Positions 10,300-19,614 of a stretch of DNA of 64,000 nucleotides are shown piece by piece. The notes below the pieces were generated by a model. That model saw only the letters and a list, made by a program, of their open reading frames with translations. It was not told the origin of the DNA and did not search any database. The position numbers were made by a program, and so were the translations under genes. Position 1 is the first letter of the stretch. Every line of letters begins with the position of its first letter. Source of the stretch: a virus (taxonomy: Duplodnaviria > Caudoviricetes); the IMG/VR virus record IMGVR_UViG_2816332336_000005, positions 1 to 64,000 of that record. One strand, written 5' to 3'.

Positions 10300-10384
10300 G
10301 CTAATCCCTCCATAAATATTTACTTGCAAAACACCACCATTAACTAATTCAGCAATTGTAGGTTCATTGGAATAACTCTTTAAA

Positions 10385-10771
10385 TCAACACAAGGAAAAT
10401 TCATACCTAGATTTTTTTTTTGACCCTATCATTTGCTCTCTAAATTCATCCGTAAATGAGAAAACAATAATAGCGTTGTTATTATCACATTTATAATCAG
10501 CACCACAAATATGGCATTCATAAATTTCATCTTCATCAATTACTTCATCTAAAAGGAACGTTTCACCTTTGTGATTTTCGGGACAGAGGAACATTCTTTT
10601 TGCAATTAATTCAAATCCATCTTTTCTTAGAAGATAATCAAGAACTTCCTTATAATATTTTCTATCTAAATGAACGGCATTTATTACATTAGTTACTGTA
10701 AAACCATCTATCGGGAGAGGATTGCTTGCCCATAAACTCAAAACTTCATTTATTGATACAAACGGTATCAT
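10385..10771 (-). CDS. Hypothetical protein with Zn-ribbon (CPENH...CHIC)
   Basis: Strong RBS (GGGAGGGGGG); metal-binding motif; low GC. Confidence 0.75.
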   Translation of the reverse strand: MIPFVSINEVLSLWASNPLPIDGFTVTNVINAVHLDRKYYKEVLDYLLRKDGFELIAKRMFLCPENHKGETFLLDEVIDEDEIYECHICGADYKCDNNNAIIVFSFTDEFREQMIGSKKKSRYEFSLC

Positions 10772-10795
10772 ACATCTCCCCCCTCCCTTTCATAA

Positions 10796-11818
10796 TTATA
10801 CTAAATCTGATTCACGATCGCTTTGTAAATTCTCATACTTACTTTCTAAAAGGTTTTCTGAAACGGCAACTTCTTGCTGACTTTGCCTTCTAATGTGACA
10901 AACCAAAATGAATGCATCCATTACCGTTTCAATAACTGCTTCTGTCACACCTTTTTTGAATTTAAAAATTCCATTCCTAATATCCATAACAAACGTCACT
11001 GAAATCTTGATCTTTGTTTTTGGATCTTCAAAGTCGAAATTACATGTTTCTTCAACAGTATCATCGGTTGGAATTCCAAGTTCACCTATTGCACTTACCA
11101 TCCTAATAAAAGTTTCATCATCCCTCAAATCGATACCTTTTTGAGCATTAAACATTAAACTTCCAACACTCGGTGTAGGAATTTGAACATGTGTCGAACA
11201 CAAACCAGCTGAAAGCATTTCAGAGATTTCTCTGGCTTCTTCTTTTGTTGGGGTTGTTAAGGAGTGCCATTTGAATGGTTCCGCAAACCCTAATAATCTC
11301 ATTAAGTATTCTACATATGATTTTCGATATGTGTATGCACATCGAACTTCGATAACGCCGTCACTGAAGTGTACCACAGCTGAAGTGAAATGTGCATATG
11401 TACTTGGTATAGTACTATAGCCACTTTTTCTAGTAGTAGATTTTTGTTCAACAAGCTTTAGATAAACATCATTATCATCTTGCTCTATACTACAAATCTG
11501 TATTTCTGGGCTTAATTGCGGCTGCCACTCTGTGCCTAGCTGATTGATTGTAATATGTCTCTCTGTTATAAGTTTCCGGATAAATAAATCAGCTGTTTTT
11601 GATTTATCAGGAAAGTTGGCTTCTGGTTTACAAATTGTCAAACCTACAGCAGTACCAGCATATCTAAACTGTCTATTTAGATATTCTAGCTTATTTCCAT
11701 GGTCATTCTGTATCAACTCTTTTGTAATATCATCTATTTCTTTACCACGATAGGATATCTTGTTTATTTTCGCTAATTCACGAATATGCTTTTCGGAAAT
11801 ATTTGAATATAGCTTCAT
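10796..11818 (-). CDS. Hypothetical 340-aa protein (first gene of unknown accessory operon)
   Basis: Intact long low-GC ORF with its own upstream promoter region; not a recognisable phage structural gene. Confidence 0.75.
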   Translation of the reverse strand: MKLYSNISEKHIRELAKINKISYRGKEIDDITKELIQNDHGNKLEYLNRQFRYAGTAVGLTICKPEANFPDKSKTADLFIRKLITERHITINQLGTEWQPQLSPEIQICSIEQDDNDVYLKLVEQKSTTRKSGYSTIPSTYAHFTSAVVHFSDGVIEVRCAYTYRKSYVEYLMRLLGFAEPFKWHSLTTPTKEEAREISEMLSAGLCSTHVQIPTPSVGSLMFNAQKGIDLRDDETFIRMVSAIGELGIPTDDTVEETCNFDFEDPKTKIKISVTFVMDIRNGIFKFKKGVTEAVIETVMDAFILVCHIRRQSQQEVAVSENLLESKYENLQSDRESDLV

Positions 11819-12073
11819 ATTCCTAACCGCCTTCTATATCATGTTATGACAATCTCAGTCTGTGTATTTCTCTAAATAACAAGAAAGCTAAGGTACTGAG
11901 AATTGGCACTAGGTCTTTTGACTCTTTTTATATTATCAAATATTTCCAATATCCTACAACAAAAAATTTTATTTTAAATCCCCACTATCCTAATTTTACC
12001 ACATTATAACCAAAACAAGAATGTACGTTCCTATTTATACAATAAATATTGTGTTCCAGTACCAAGACAGCTT

Positions 12074-12697
12074 TTATTGATTCTGTCGAATTTGCCCACT
12101 AGCAACCCTTAGTTCATCAGCCAACTGTCCGATCCTCACAGCCTTATCCTTCATCCCCATTTGATTGTAAAAAGCCCATTGCCCCTGTAAATGACTAATA
12201 ATTTCGTTCGCTACTTCTGGTTTCACTGTTGTTTCCTCCTTGTCATATTTAGCTAGACCGTACTTTTCAATCAATCCAATTAGCTTACCTGGATAACCCG
12301 GATCAGTAGCATATCCGCCTTTGTGGATAGCATGGCAAGCAGTCTTATAATCAGCACCTAGCACACCATGATAGCGTGTAGGCTTGTCTCTTGTGCCGTT
12401 TAGGATTAGTTTGGAATGGTCTGCAATAGACTCGCTCCAGTTGTTGTAAGCTCTGAAATTAGCTGTAATGGTTGTCCATTGACCGTTGTAATTTTCCTTT
12501 GTCGGCATGGCGCAAACGCCTGCTGGACCTGTGCCTTTGATACCAAAAAGGTTGTTTCCTCGCTTGGTTAGCCCACTCTCTCCCCAAGCTGATTCAAGGA
12601 TTGCTTGAGCGATCGTAAGAGACGCAGGTATCTTTGTTTTCTTCATGTCAGCTACTGCACTTGATGCAATTTTATCTATAAAGTCTTGTGGTTTCAT
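12074..12697 (-). CDS. Endolysin, GH73 glucosaminidase
   Basis: 'AQAILESAWG', 'NNLFGIKG', 'GGYATDPGY' motifs. Confidence 0.92.
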   Translation of the reverse strand: MKPQDFIDKIASSAVADMKKTKIPASLTIAQAILESAWGESGLTKRGNNLFGIKGTGPAGVCAMPTKENYNGQWTTITANFRAYNNWSESIADHSKLILNGTRDKPTRYHGVLGADYKTACHAIHKGGYATDPGYPGKLIGLIEKYGLAKYDKEETTVKPEVANEIISHLQGQWAFYNQMGMKDKAVRIGQLADELRVASGQIRQNQ

Positions 12698-12951
12698 TGC
12701 TCCACATCTCCCTTCTGAAACGAATTTTTCACGCCTGAATGAATCCCGATAGCAGCCGTTGCCTCAATAAAAGCCATCTTGCCAGCTTCCAATAAATCTC
12801 CCCCGAACAATAAAGCGTTGATTGCATTATAAGCAACAGCCATGACAACAATAGCCAGAGGAATGTAATCATTTGGGAACCAACTCCGCGTTTTCAACCA
12901 TGCTCCTGACGCCATTACTACTGCGATTACTAAACCAATTTCTATCATCAT
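12694..12951 (-). CDS. Holin
   Basis: Small, multiple hydrophobic helices, directly upstream of the endolysin. Confidence 0.8.
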   Translation of the reverse strand: MMIEIGLVIAVVMASGAWLKTRSWFPNDYIPLAIVVMAVAYNAINALLFGGDLLEAGKMAFIEATAAIGIHSGVKNSFQKGDVEQ

Positions 12952-13217
12952 TAGCCCACCTTTTCTTTGAGTTCTTGTAATTCGTTTTCTAAGCCGTTTA
13001 AACTGCGCTCAATCTGTTGCAATGTAGTGGTATTACGCTCTAATTGGATTACCATTCTCTCGCTATGCTCCATCAGCTTCGCTTCACGTTGCTGGGCTTG
13101 TTCAACCAATCTTGTTTCTCGTTCCCTTCCCTCTTTTTTGGTAGAAAACAATAGCCATACAAATAGAACCGCAAATGGTCCTTGTGCCAACATTGCATTA
13201 AAAATCCCTTCCTCCAT
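12951..13217 (-). CDS. BhlA/UviB family holin-like protein
   Basis: 'QGPFAVLFVWLLF...RE..L' signature followed by a coiled coil. Confidence 0.85.
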   Translation of the reverse strand: MEEGIFNAMLAQGPFAVLFVWLLFSTKKEGRERETRLVEQAQQREAKLMEHSERMVIQLERNTTTLQQIERSLNGLENELQELKEKVG

Positions 13218-13309
13218 GCTTTCTCTCTCCTTACCACCCCCTAGGGGTAAATAAAATAGGGAGCCGAAGCTCCCATTAAAAAACGCCCTCTCCAGATCGG
13301 AAAAGGCGT

Positions 13310-13423
13310 TTATTTTTCAGTTAGTAGTTGTTCGACTTCTGGACGTATACAGATAGGGACATCTTCCAGTAACTTAAGCCCATCGTTTATTAACTCACAA
13401 TAGATTTTAGCGATATATTTCAT
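13310..13423 (-). CDS. Small 37-aa CD1375/XkdX-like tail protein (not in ORF track)
   Basis: MKYIAKIYCELINDGLKLLEDVPICIRPEVEQLLTEK*; typical position after tail-fibre genes. Confidence 0.7.
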   Translation of the reverse strand: MKYIAKIYCELINDGLKLLEDVPICIRPEVEQLLTEK

Positions 13424-13770
13424 TATTCTACATCCTTTCCTGTATTAGATTGTGCAAGGATTTGCTCATATAAATCAGTAATTGCAAGTTGTAGCATCTG
13501 TTTGTCTTGTTTTAACTGTAATATTTCTTCATCTTGGGTAAGTGGTCGATCAACCTGTTCCCAAAATTGCTCCTTAGTTTTCGGATTTACACAATGTACT
13601 TGCTTTTTACCCTTTTGTTGTTCTGCCAGGGATACAAGTAGATCACTAACTATTACGAAATTCTCGAATTTATCAGGTGTTATTCCTACGTTATCAGGAT
13701 GATCTAGGTTATAAATTTCCTGTACAGTCATCTTTTCTTCTGATTGTTTAATACCAACAAGTAAATACAA
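13423..13770 (-). CDS. Tail fibre-associated/chaperone protein (XkdW-like position)
   Basis: RBS AAGGAGGG plus TTG at 13770; C-terminal 'LQLAITDLYEQ' coiled coil. Confidence 0.6.
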   Translation of the reverse strand: MYLLVGIKQSEEKMTVQEIYNLDHPDNVGITPDKFENFVIVSDLLVSLAEQQKGKKQVHCVNPKTKEQFWEQVDRPLTQDEEILQLKQDKQMLQLAITDLYEQILAQSNTGKDVE

Positions 13771-13784
13771 ATAAATTCCCTCCT

Positions 13785-14888
13785 TTATACTTCTCCAAAT
13801 GCTCCATATCGTCCCGGGGTACAAGCGCACATACCGGTTTCTAAAGGAGCTTTTTCAATCTCTTTTTCCCAAATAAGTGAAAGATCACTCTTAGAATTTT
13901 TTCTTACTTGCCCTCTACCTACCGTATAAACTCCATCCTCTCGATCGCAATAAACAGAATCACCATACGATGGGGTTGATCCCCCATTAATAATTCTGAA
14001 CCCGTTTATCCTTAAAACAACTTCGAGGTTCTTAGTTAGTTTGACCAACTGATCTTCAAAATTTCCAGACCCGGGATTCGCACTGTAATTCCCTATAGCC
14101 ACAAAAACAAAGTCCCTATCAACATAGAGGCTTCCCCTAACATTTGGTTTATCAGATAATTTCACGTTCTTTATTAACTTCCCTGTTTTATCATATTTTT
14201 CGAGAAATTCATCCCTCAAACGATATATATTCCCATCATTATCAATATCAATATTGCCATAACCATAAGAACCATCAGAAGACGCTTTTGGTACTTGAAT
14301 CGAAAAAACTTTGTTACCAGCCGGGTCGAATTTAGCCAATTCTTCTAGGCTTATGTGTGTGTAGGTATTACCCTCATTGTCACAACACATACCTCTTTTT
14401 CGCCTAAATGCTACCTCTTTGGGAATCTGTACTATTTTTTTTGTCTCTCCATTTTTAGACATAAAAAATAGTGCTTCAGCATCAAAACCATATTCCGCCA
14501 TAAAAACATAGTCACCATTTTTACTTACAGCAGTATCCATAGCATAGTAATTACCTTTTCTAATAACCGCAAAGCTCTTATCGAAGAGGACAAATCCATA
14601 CCAACTTCCGAAATAAACATTGCCGTTAGGGTCAGTTTCAAGGGTATTACAATTATCGTAATTAAAATCATATTGATTCTCTTTAACACCCTCGTAGCTG
14701 AATTGTTTCAATTTTAGTAGATAGTTAATATTCCATCCAAGACCAGTATATACGTGCTTTTCGTAGTAAGAAATAAAGTCTAACCACTTATCGGTATAGA
14801 CTCGCCCAATCCGATCTGTCCACTTTACTCCATCCCAAACACGGATTGCCTTAACTGTTTGTCCGTTAGCAAGTTGAATTTTAGCCAT
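13785..14888 (-). CDS. Putative receptor-binding protein, beta-propeller-like
   Basis: Repeated 'D.xGNVY' / 'KFD..G' blade-like motifs; tail-fibre locus. Confidence 0.6.
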   Translation of the reverse strand: MAKIQLANGQTVKAIRVWDGVKWTDRIGRVYTDKWLDFISYYEKHVYTGLGWNINYLLKLKQFSYEGVKENQYDFNYDNCNTLETDPNGNVYFGSWYGFVLFDKSFAVIRKGNYYAMDTAVSKNGDYVFMAEYGFDAEALFFMSKNGETKKIVQIPKEVAFRRKRGMCCDNEGNTYTHISLEELAKFDPAGNKVFSIQVPKASSDGSYGYGNIDIDNDGNIYRLRDEFLEKYDKTGKLIKNVKLSDKPNVRGSLYVDRDFVFVAIGNYSANPGSGNFEDQLVKLTKNLEVVLRINGFRIINGGSTPSYGDSVYCDREDGVYTVGRGQVRKNSKSDLSLIWEKEIEKAPLETGMCACTPGRYGAFGEV

Positions 14889-14897
14889 AGTCTCACC

Positions 14898-15191
14898 TCA
14901 AATTACGATCCAAATGTCATTTTTACTTGGGTTCACCGGAGCTGTTGTTGATACTGTGATACGCATATTGCCTTTTACATGGTCAACGTGAGGGGCGCCT
15001 TTGCCTTCATGTACTGACACTTTATTTTGCGCTCCTGCTGGAGTTTCTGCCCCTATACCTTCTGGTGTGAGCTTCTTTTGTATATTCTCTACAGCCGTGT
15101 GGGCATCCTCGATTCCCTTTTCTATTCGGTTCAAGTCCCTTTCCATGACAACCTCATCATATTTCCAATCTGTTTTTGAATTAAACGCCAT
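14898..15191 (-). CDS. Tail fibre anchor/adaptor protein
   Basis: 'KTDWK...DLNRIEKGIEDAH' N-terminus, shared with 50023-50301. Confidence 0.6.
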   Translation of the reverse strand: MAFNSKTDWKYDEVVMERDLNRIEKGIEDAHTAVENIQKKLTPEGIGAETPAGAQNKVSVHEGKGAPHVDHVKGNMRITVSTTAPVNPSKNDIWIVI

Positions 15192-15195
15192 GTAA

Positions 15196-15474
15196 TCACC
15201 CCTCTTTTACAGTAATGGTGTGTTTAATAATCGTTTCTGAATTAATAGGAACATAGACTACACTAGAACTAACTACAGTGGATTGAGAATCTCGAATCTC
15301 AATTAAATTAATCAATTGAACATCAGAAGGGCTTACTGAAAATTGTACGAACAAAAGGTTTTTATCTTGGGTTACAGTAAAGCCTGTAACTTCAAATGAA
15401 CCATTAAGCGTTATTTTCTTTAGCTTGCCCTTTACAAAATTCGTTGTATCTAGTATCAAATCATTGGTTATCAT
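15196..15474 (-). CDS. Baseplate/tail-fibre-associated small protein
   Basis: Synteny with 50298-50579; beta-rich. Confidence 0.55.
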   Translation of the reverse strand: MITNDLILDTTNFVKGKLKKITLNGSFEVTGFTVTQDKNLLFVQFSVSPSDVQLINLIEIRDSQSTVVSSSVVYVPINSETIIKHTITVKEG

Positions 15475-16135
15475 CTCGTATCGCCTCCGCAAATGGAGTG
15501 GAGCCTACCTGCCATTTCGTTGATAGTTTCGTTAGTCGGTTTAGAGGAAGCTGAATCACTTCTTTTTCATCTAGTGCCTCTGCAAACGGTGTCCGGCCTA
15601 GCCTCCATGTAGTAGAGAGTCTTGTTTGACGAACAATCGTTTGTTTAATGATCTTTTCTGAAAGGGTGATACTTTCTCTAATTTGTGTTCGCTGCTGATA
15701 CACTAGATTAGCCGGAATCGTTGTCCGAACCGTATACTCCACTTCTCGAAAGGCTGGGGCATTTTCGATTTCAGCGTTAACACTAAGAATGAAATTAAGG
15801 ACATCAATCTCAACCGTTACCCTTCCTTTGCCAAGTAAACGGTCTAATTGATGCTGTAGCCAGCGCTCTGTAAATGGTGGCTTGATAGATTTTCGATTCT
15901 TTAGCCTCATTCTACGGAACTCTAGCGTCTCATCACTTCTTGGTTTAATCCGTAGCATTCTTTCGCGGCGAGCTATACCTTTTTCACTTGCTGTTTCGAT
16001 GAATTGGTCTGCTAACTCTTGTTCAATGGCTTTAGCAAACATATCTACAGCAAGAGAGGCTGCCTTTGTATATTCCTGCATCTCAAGAACGTCATGATAG
16101 TACGGTGGCAGATACTTCATCAATTCATTAGACAA
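15461..16135 (-). CDS. Baseplate wedge protein (DUF2313/XkdU-like)
   Basis: 'LMKYLPPYY...DQFIETA...ETLEFRR...IPANL' motifs; follows baseplate J. Confidence 0.85.
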   Translation of the reverse strand: MSNELMKYLPPYYHDVLEMQEYTKAASLAVDMFAKAIEQELADQFIETASEKGIARRERMLRIKPRSDETLEFRRMRLKNRKSIKPPFTERWLQHQLDRLLGKGRVTVEIDVLNFILSVNAEIENAPAFREVEYTVRTTIPANLVYQQRTQIRESITLSEKIIKQTIVRQTRLSTTWRLGRTPFAEALDEKEVIQLPLNRLTKLSTKWQVGSTPFAEAIRDDNQ

Positions 16136-17198
16136 TCGTCACCGCCCCCATATACGGCGCTTCCTCGGTATCTAACTCCAGATTTCCTGAAGAACCGTTT
16201 AATGTAGAATCCATTACGTCCAACACCCCTGTAATAGAAAGAAACCGTGATTCGATTTGACTGATACGAACAACGGTTTTCTTTGTATTTTTCCATGCTT
16301 TACGTAGCTCTAGGAGATAATCAGAATAAACCTTTTCGACATCGCCTTTCACTTGATCTGGGTGCATATCAGCCTCCAAGATTAGCTTAGTACGTAGGTC
16401 TATCGTTTCCTTTTTGTTTCCGACAATCGTAACACGATGCCCGACAGGAGCTAACCCTAATCCAAGACCACTATTCACTACTGGATCAACAAAGGTTTGG
16501 ACATCATCAACCAGTTTCTGTGATGGTGGATTGTAGTCACTACCTATAATGGTACATTTGACTGTGCCTCCACCTTTCCAAGCAGGCGTGACTTGCACAC
16601 CCCCAACACCTGCAATGTTTCCTACCTTTTCTTTGTAATCTGCTATGTTGCCCCCGAACGGTTGACTCTCTTGTGCATCAAAATATCTTTTTCGTAGCGA
16701 TTCATCGTCTTCCTCATCAGCCCCAGGTATTAAAACTTCTGTGATTTCGGCTTTTCCTAGTCCCTCAATGTATTCGATTGGAATAAGAGAACCGAATACG
16801 ACGTTTCCAGCAGAACCGACTGTCTCACATTCCAAGAGAAATTCACCTGCTGCTAGTCGTTCTAATGCAATAAAATTCAGATCCTCATGTGAATACCTGC
16901 TTTGGAGTGGGATATCAAACAATCTGCCTTCTTGGTCGTAGAATACACCTTTACGCTTTGCTTTTGTGGCCAGACGCCTTTCAATTCCATCTTCTTCTGT
17001 CCTTCTATCTAAAAATTCGCCTGTTGCGGTATCAGCATAGTAAAGATTTTCATTTGTCTCTCGTTCCGTTTGTATCTTGATGAATGCTGTTGCCACAGAT
17101 GAAAGAGCGTCATAGATCACACTGCCCTCTCTTTTGTCTACATCTTCACGTATGTTATTGAGCATGAATTCAAGAAATGCCTCAAATGTCCAATTCAT
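16128..17198 (-). CDS. Baseplate J/XkdT-like protein
   Basis: 'DKREGSVIYDAL', 'GADEEDDESLR', 'GGNIADY', 'GGGTVK'. Confidence 0.92.
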   Translation of the reverse strand: MNWTFEAFLEFMLNNIREDVDKREGSVIYDALSSVATAFIKIQTERETNENLYYADTATGEFLDRRTEEDGIERRLATKAKRKGVFYDQEGRLFDIPLQSRYSHEDLNFIALERLAAGEFLLECETVGSAGNVVFGSLIPIEYIEGLGKAEITEVLIPGADEEDDESLRKRYFDAQESQPFGGNIADYKEKVGNIAGVGGVQVTPAWKGGGTVKCTIIGSDYNPPSQKLVDDVQTFVDPVVNSGLGLGLAPVGHRVTIVGNKKETIDLRTKLILEADMHPDQVKGDVEKVYSDYLLELRKAWKNTKKTVVRISQIESRFLSITGVLDVMDSTLNGSSGNLELDTEEAPYMGAVTIV

Positions 17199-17593
17199 CG
17201 CGCCACCTGCTTTGTCTCTTTAAAATCACCATACTTGGATACGACAACAAACTCAGTTAAAGATGTGTCTCCTTCTATCGTGATTTTAAAATCAGTCACA
17301 TCAAGGATACGGTCATCTTGTAATAAGGCTTCCCTGACACACCGTTGAACTTCAGATCGAAAAATTGCCTCATCTTCCATGCTTGGAGACTCAAATCCAT
17401 AGTCATGAGAGTAGATGAGGTATTCAAAGCGAATGGTGGAAAGTATTTTAAAAACAGCCTGTTTCACCGCGTCCAGACCGTCTACAAAACCGACTATGCG
17501 TTTATTTACAAAGTCTAGCTTATATGTCTTGCTCGGTTGTTCCACCTCTTCTAGCGTGACTGAATCAATCGTAAAGCCTTGTGGTAGAATCAT
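17195..17593 (-). CDS. Baseplate protein DUF2634/XkdS (gp25-like)
   Basis: 'DGLDAVKQAVFKILST.RFEYLIYS.DYG...EALLQDDRI'. Confidence 0.88.
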   Translation of the reverse strand: MILPQGFTIDSVTLEEVEQPSKTYKLDFVNKRIVGFVDGLDAVKQAVFKILSTIRFEYLIYSHDYGFESPSMEDEAIFRSEVQRCVREALLQDDRILDVTDFKITIEGDTSLTEFVVVSKYGDFKETKQVAR

Positions 17594-17949
17594 GTGGCCA
17601 CCACCCGATCTAGTACGACATAGCTGTTTCCGCCTTGTACACGCATAAGCAGAACCGTGTCACCTACTTTAAAAGCACGCCTGATAATTAATTTTTCTGG
17701 TAGAGCCACACTGGTGTTTTTATTATCTGTGCCGATTGGTGTTACATCGGTGTAGGGATGTGTATGGCTTAAATCAACTTCGTATAAGGTAAGCCGTTCC
17801 GGGATGACTAGAAACTCTTCTGTGAGGATAAATCGCTGATCTACATTGATCTCTAAAGGTTTGTCGCTGGTTACTGTCCCATAAAAAATAGCGACCTGGT
17901 TACTTGCTTCATTAACTCCTAAGACTACTTGTTTAATTGCTTCTAGCAT
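17590..17949 (-). CDS. Baseplate spike-like DUF2577/XkdR
   Basis: 'GTVTSDKPLEI...KVGDTVLLMRVQGG..YVVLDR'. Confidence 0.88.
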   Translation of the reverse strand: MLEAIKQVVLGVNEASNQVAIFYGTVTSDKPLEINVDQRFILTEEFLVIPERLTLYEVDLSHTHPYTDVTPIGTDNKNTSVALPEKLIIRRAFKVGDTVLLMRVQGGNSYVVLDRVVAT

Positions 17950-18922
17950 GCTTTTGCACCACCTTTAGATCGACTGTCATTGTGTGTTCTGAACCATCAA
18001 ATTTATGCGTACATTCGTCCACAAGAAAAGGCTGATTAATCCCTAGTCTCTCGATGGAAACCGGAACAAAACAGCCTGCTCTTACTCGGATATCGCCAAT
18101 AGCAGTAAGCGATAATCTCTGCGTTTCTTTGTTTTTCACAGCAATCAATGTATCAAGTAGTTGCTTGATTTGTGCTTTCGTCATGCCCTCGTCCACTTTT
18201 TCAAACAACTGCAAACGCCCCCATTTGGCGATATTCGCTGAGTCCTGGGCAATGTATACGTCTCGTTTCTTTGTTTTTTTGTTGTCTTGTACAATCTTTA
18301 CTCTGTTGTACGTATCAGAATCAATGTTCCGATCTATTGTATAATTGGTCATTAAGCTATCATCACCTAAATAAAAATCAAGCAGCATCTTAGTTGAGTC
18401 TTTCAAGACCAACTTGCCAAAATCATCATAGAAAACAAGGTTTCTTCCGTTGGCAACAATAGATAAATCTAACGCTTTCCAAATGATATCTAATAGCTTT
18501 TGGTTATCTTCGATCATAGTAGGTATCTTGTAACCACTGTTTTCAAGCTCCCCTACTTTCAACCCCACATCTTCTGTAATCTGCTTAATAATTTCTGTGG
18601 CTGTTTTCTTTGCAAACACATAGGTATCGTTTGTTAGCAAATACCTGAGCTGGTCATAAGCAGTTACCTTAACATCCTCATCCATTCCGCCAATGACAGA
18701 GAAAACATATCCATAGAAAATGTTTTTCCCATCTTTCATAAAACGTACAATATCGCCATTCTGTACAGTGAATGACGTTTTATCCTGATAGATACCTCGA
18801 TCGACAAAAGAAAAAGACAAGCTAGAGGGTTTCCCGATTCTACTTGTCTTCCATGTGATTTCAGTAGTTATGTCCGTTATGTCCCAAACATTCCCCTTCT
18901 TGTTATCAATTAATATCTCCAA
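17933..18922 (-). CDS. Baseplate hub XkdQ/YqbQ-like
   Basis: 'VTAYDQLRYL', 'WGRLQ', 'CTHKF' motifs and synteny. Confidence 0.88.
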   Translation of the reverse strand: MEILIDNKKGNVWDITDITTEITWKTSRIGKPSSLSFSFVDRGIYQDKTSFTVQNGDIVRFMKDGKNIFYGYVFSVIGGMDEDVKVTAYDQLRYLLTNDTYVFAKKTATEIIKQITEDVGLKVGELENSGYKIPTMIEDNQKLLDIIWKALDLSIVANGRNLVFYDDFGKLVLKDSTKMLLDFYLGDDSLMTNYTIDRNIDSDTYNRVKIVQDNKKTKKRDVYIAQDSANIAKWGRLQLFEKVDEGMTKAQIKQLLDTLIAVKNKETQRLSLTAIGDIRVRAGCFVPVSIERLGINQPFLVDECTHKFDGSEHTMTVDLKVVQKHARSN

Positions 18923-18936
18923 TCGGTACTCCCCTC

Positions 18937-19614
18937 CTATTTAGGCATTTTAAGCACTGTACCAACCTTTAATTTCTTTACCTGTGCATCGGTTAACCCG
19001 TTTAATTTTTGGATTTCTTTGTATCTAGCGCCATTACCGTATGCCTTCTTTGCAATAGACCACAAATCATCACCAGCGACTATTTTATGTGTCTTAGGTG
19101 GCTGTCGATCAGAAGGGCGTGGAGCAGATTTCTTTTGCACAACTTTCTTTTTCGGATCTGCTGGATCACTTAATACCTTTGCTTGCTTGGCTCCATAGAA
19201 CAGATATTTTTTTAATGTGATACTAAATTCTATGTCTCCACCTGTGCCAGCTACCTCTTTCCAATCAAACGATTCAATCGAAACAGCCTCGTTAATGTCG
19301 AAGCTTTCTCCTGTGTATATAAATCGAACTGGTTTTTTGGTTTTGCTCCACGTCTCAATGTACTTTACATATTGAGCTGGTGATAACAAATTATCCGGAT
19401 AGACAACCCACGGATAGGCTTGATTCGGAAACTCGCTGCTAAATTTATAAACGGTGAGCTTAGGGTCTTTAATCACGTTAATTTCACCTAATCCCACCGT
19501 TGTATAAGTTTTGCTGTTATTACCGTCGCTAATCTCTATGCTCTCAGGAAGAATGGGAAAAGCAATTACTTCTGCCCGATTGTTGAAGCTAAGGCTCATT
19601 AACTCTTTAGGCAT
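18937..19614 (-). CDS. LysM-domain tail tube initiator (XkdP-like)
   Basis: C-terminal LysM 'HKIVAGDDLWSIAKKAYG'. Confidence 0.88.
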   Translation of the reverse strand: MPKELMSLSFNNRAEVIAFPILPESIEISDGNNSKTYTTVGLGEINVIKDPKLTVYKFSSEFPNQAYPWVVYPDNLLSPAQYVKYIETWSKTKKPVRFIYTGESFDINEAVSIESFDWKEVAGTGGDIEFSITLKKYLFYGAKQAKVLSDPADPKKKVVQKKSAPRPSDRQPPKTHKIVAGDDLWSIAKKAYGNGARYKEIQKLNGLTDAQVKKLKVGTVLKMPK

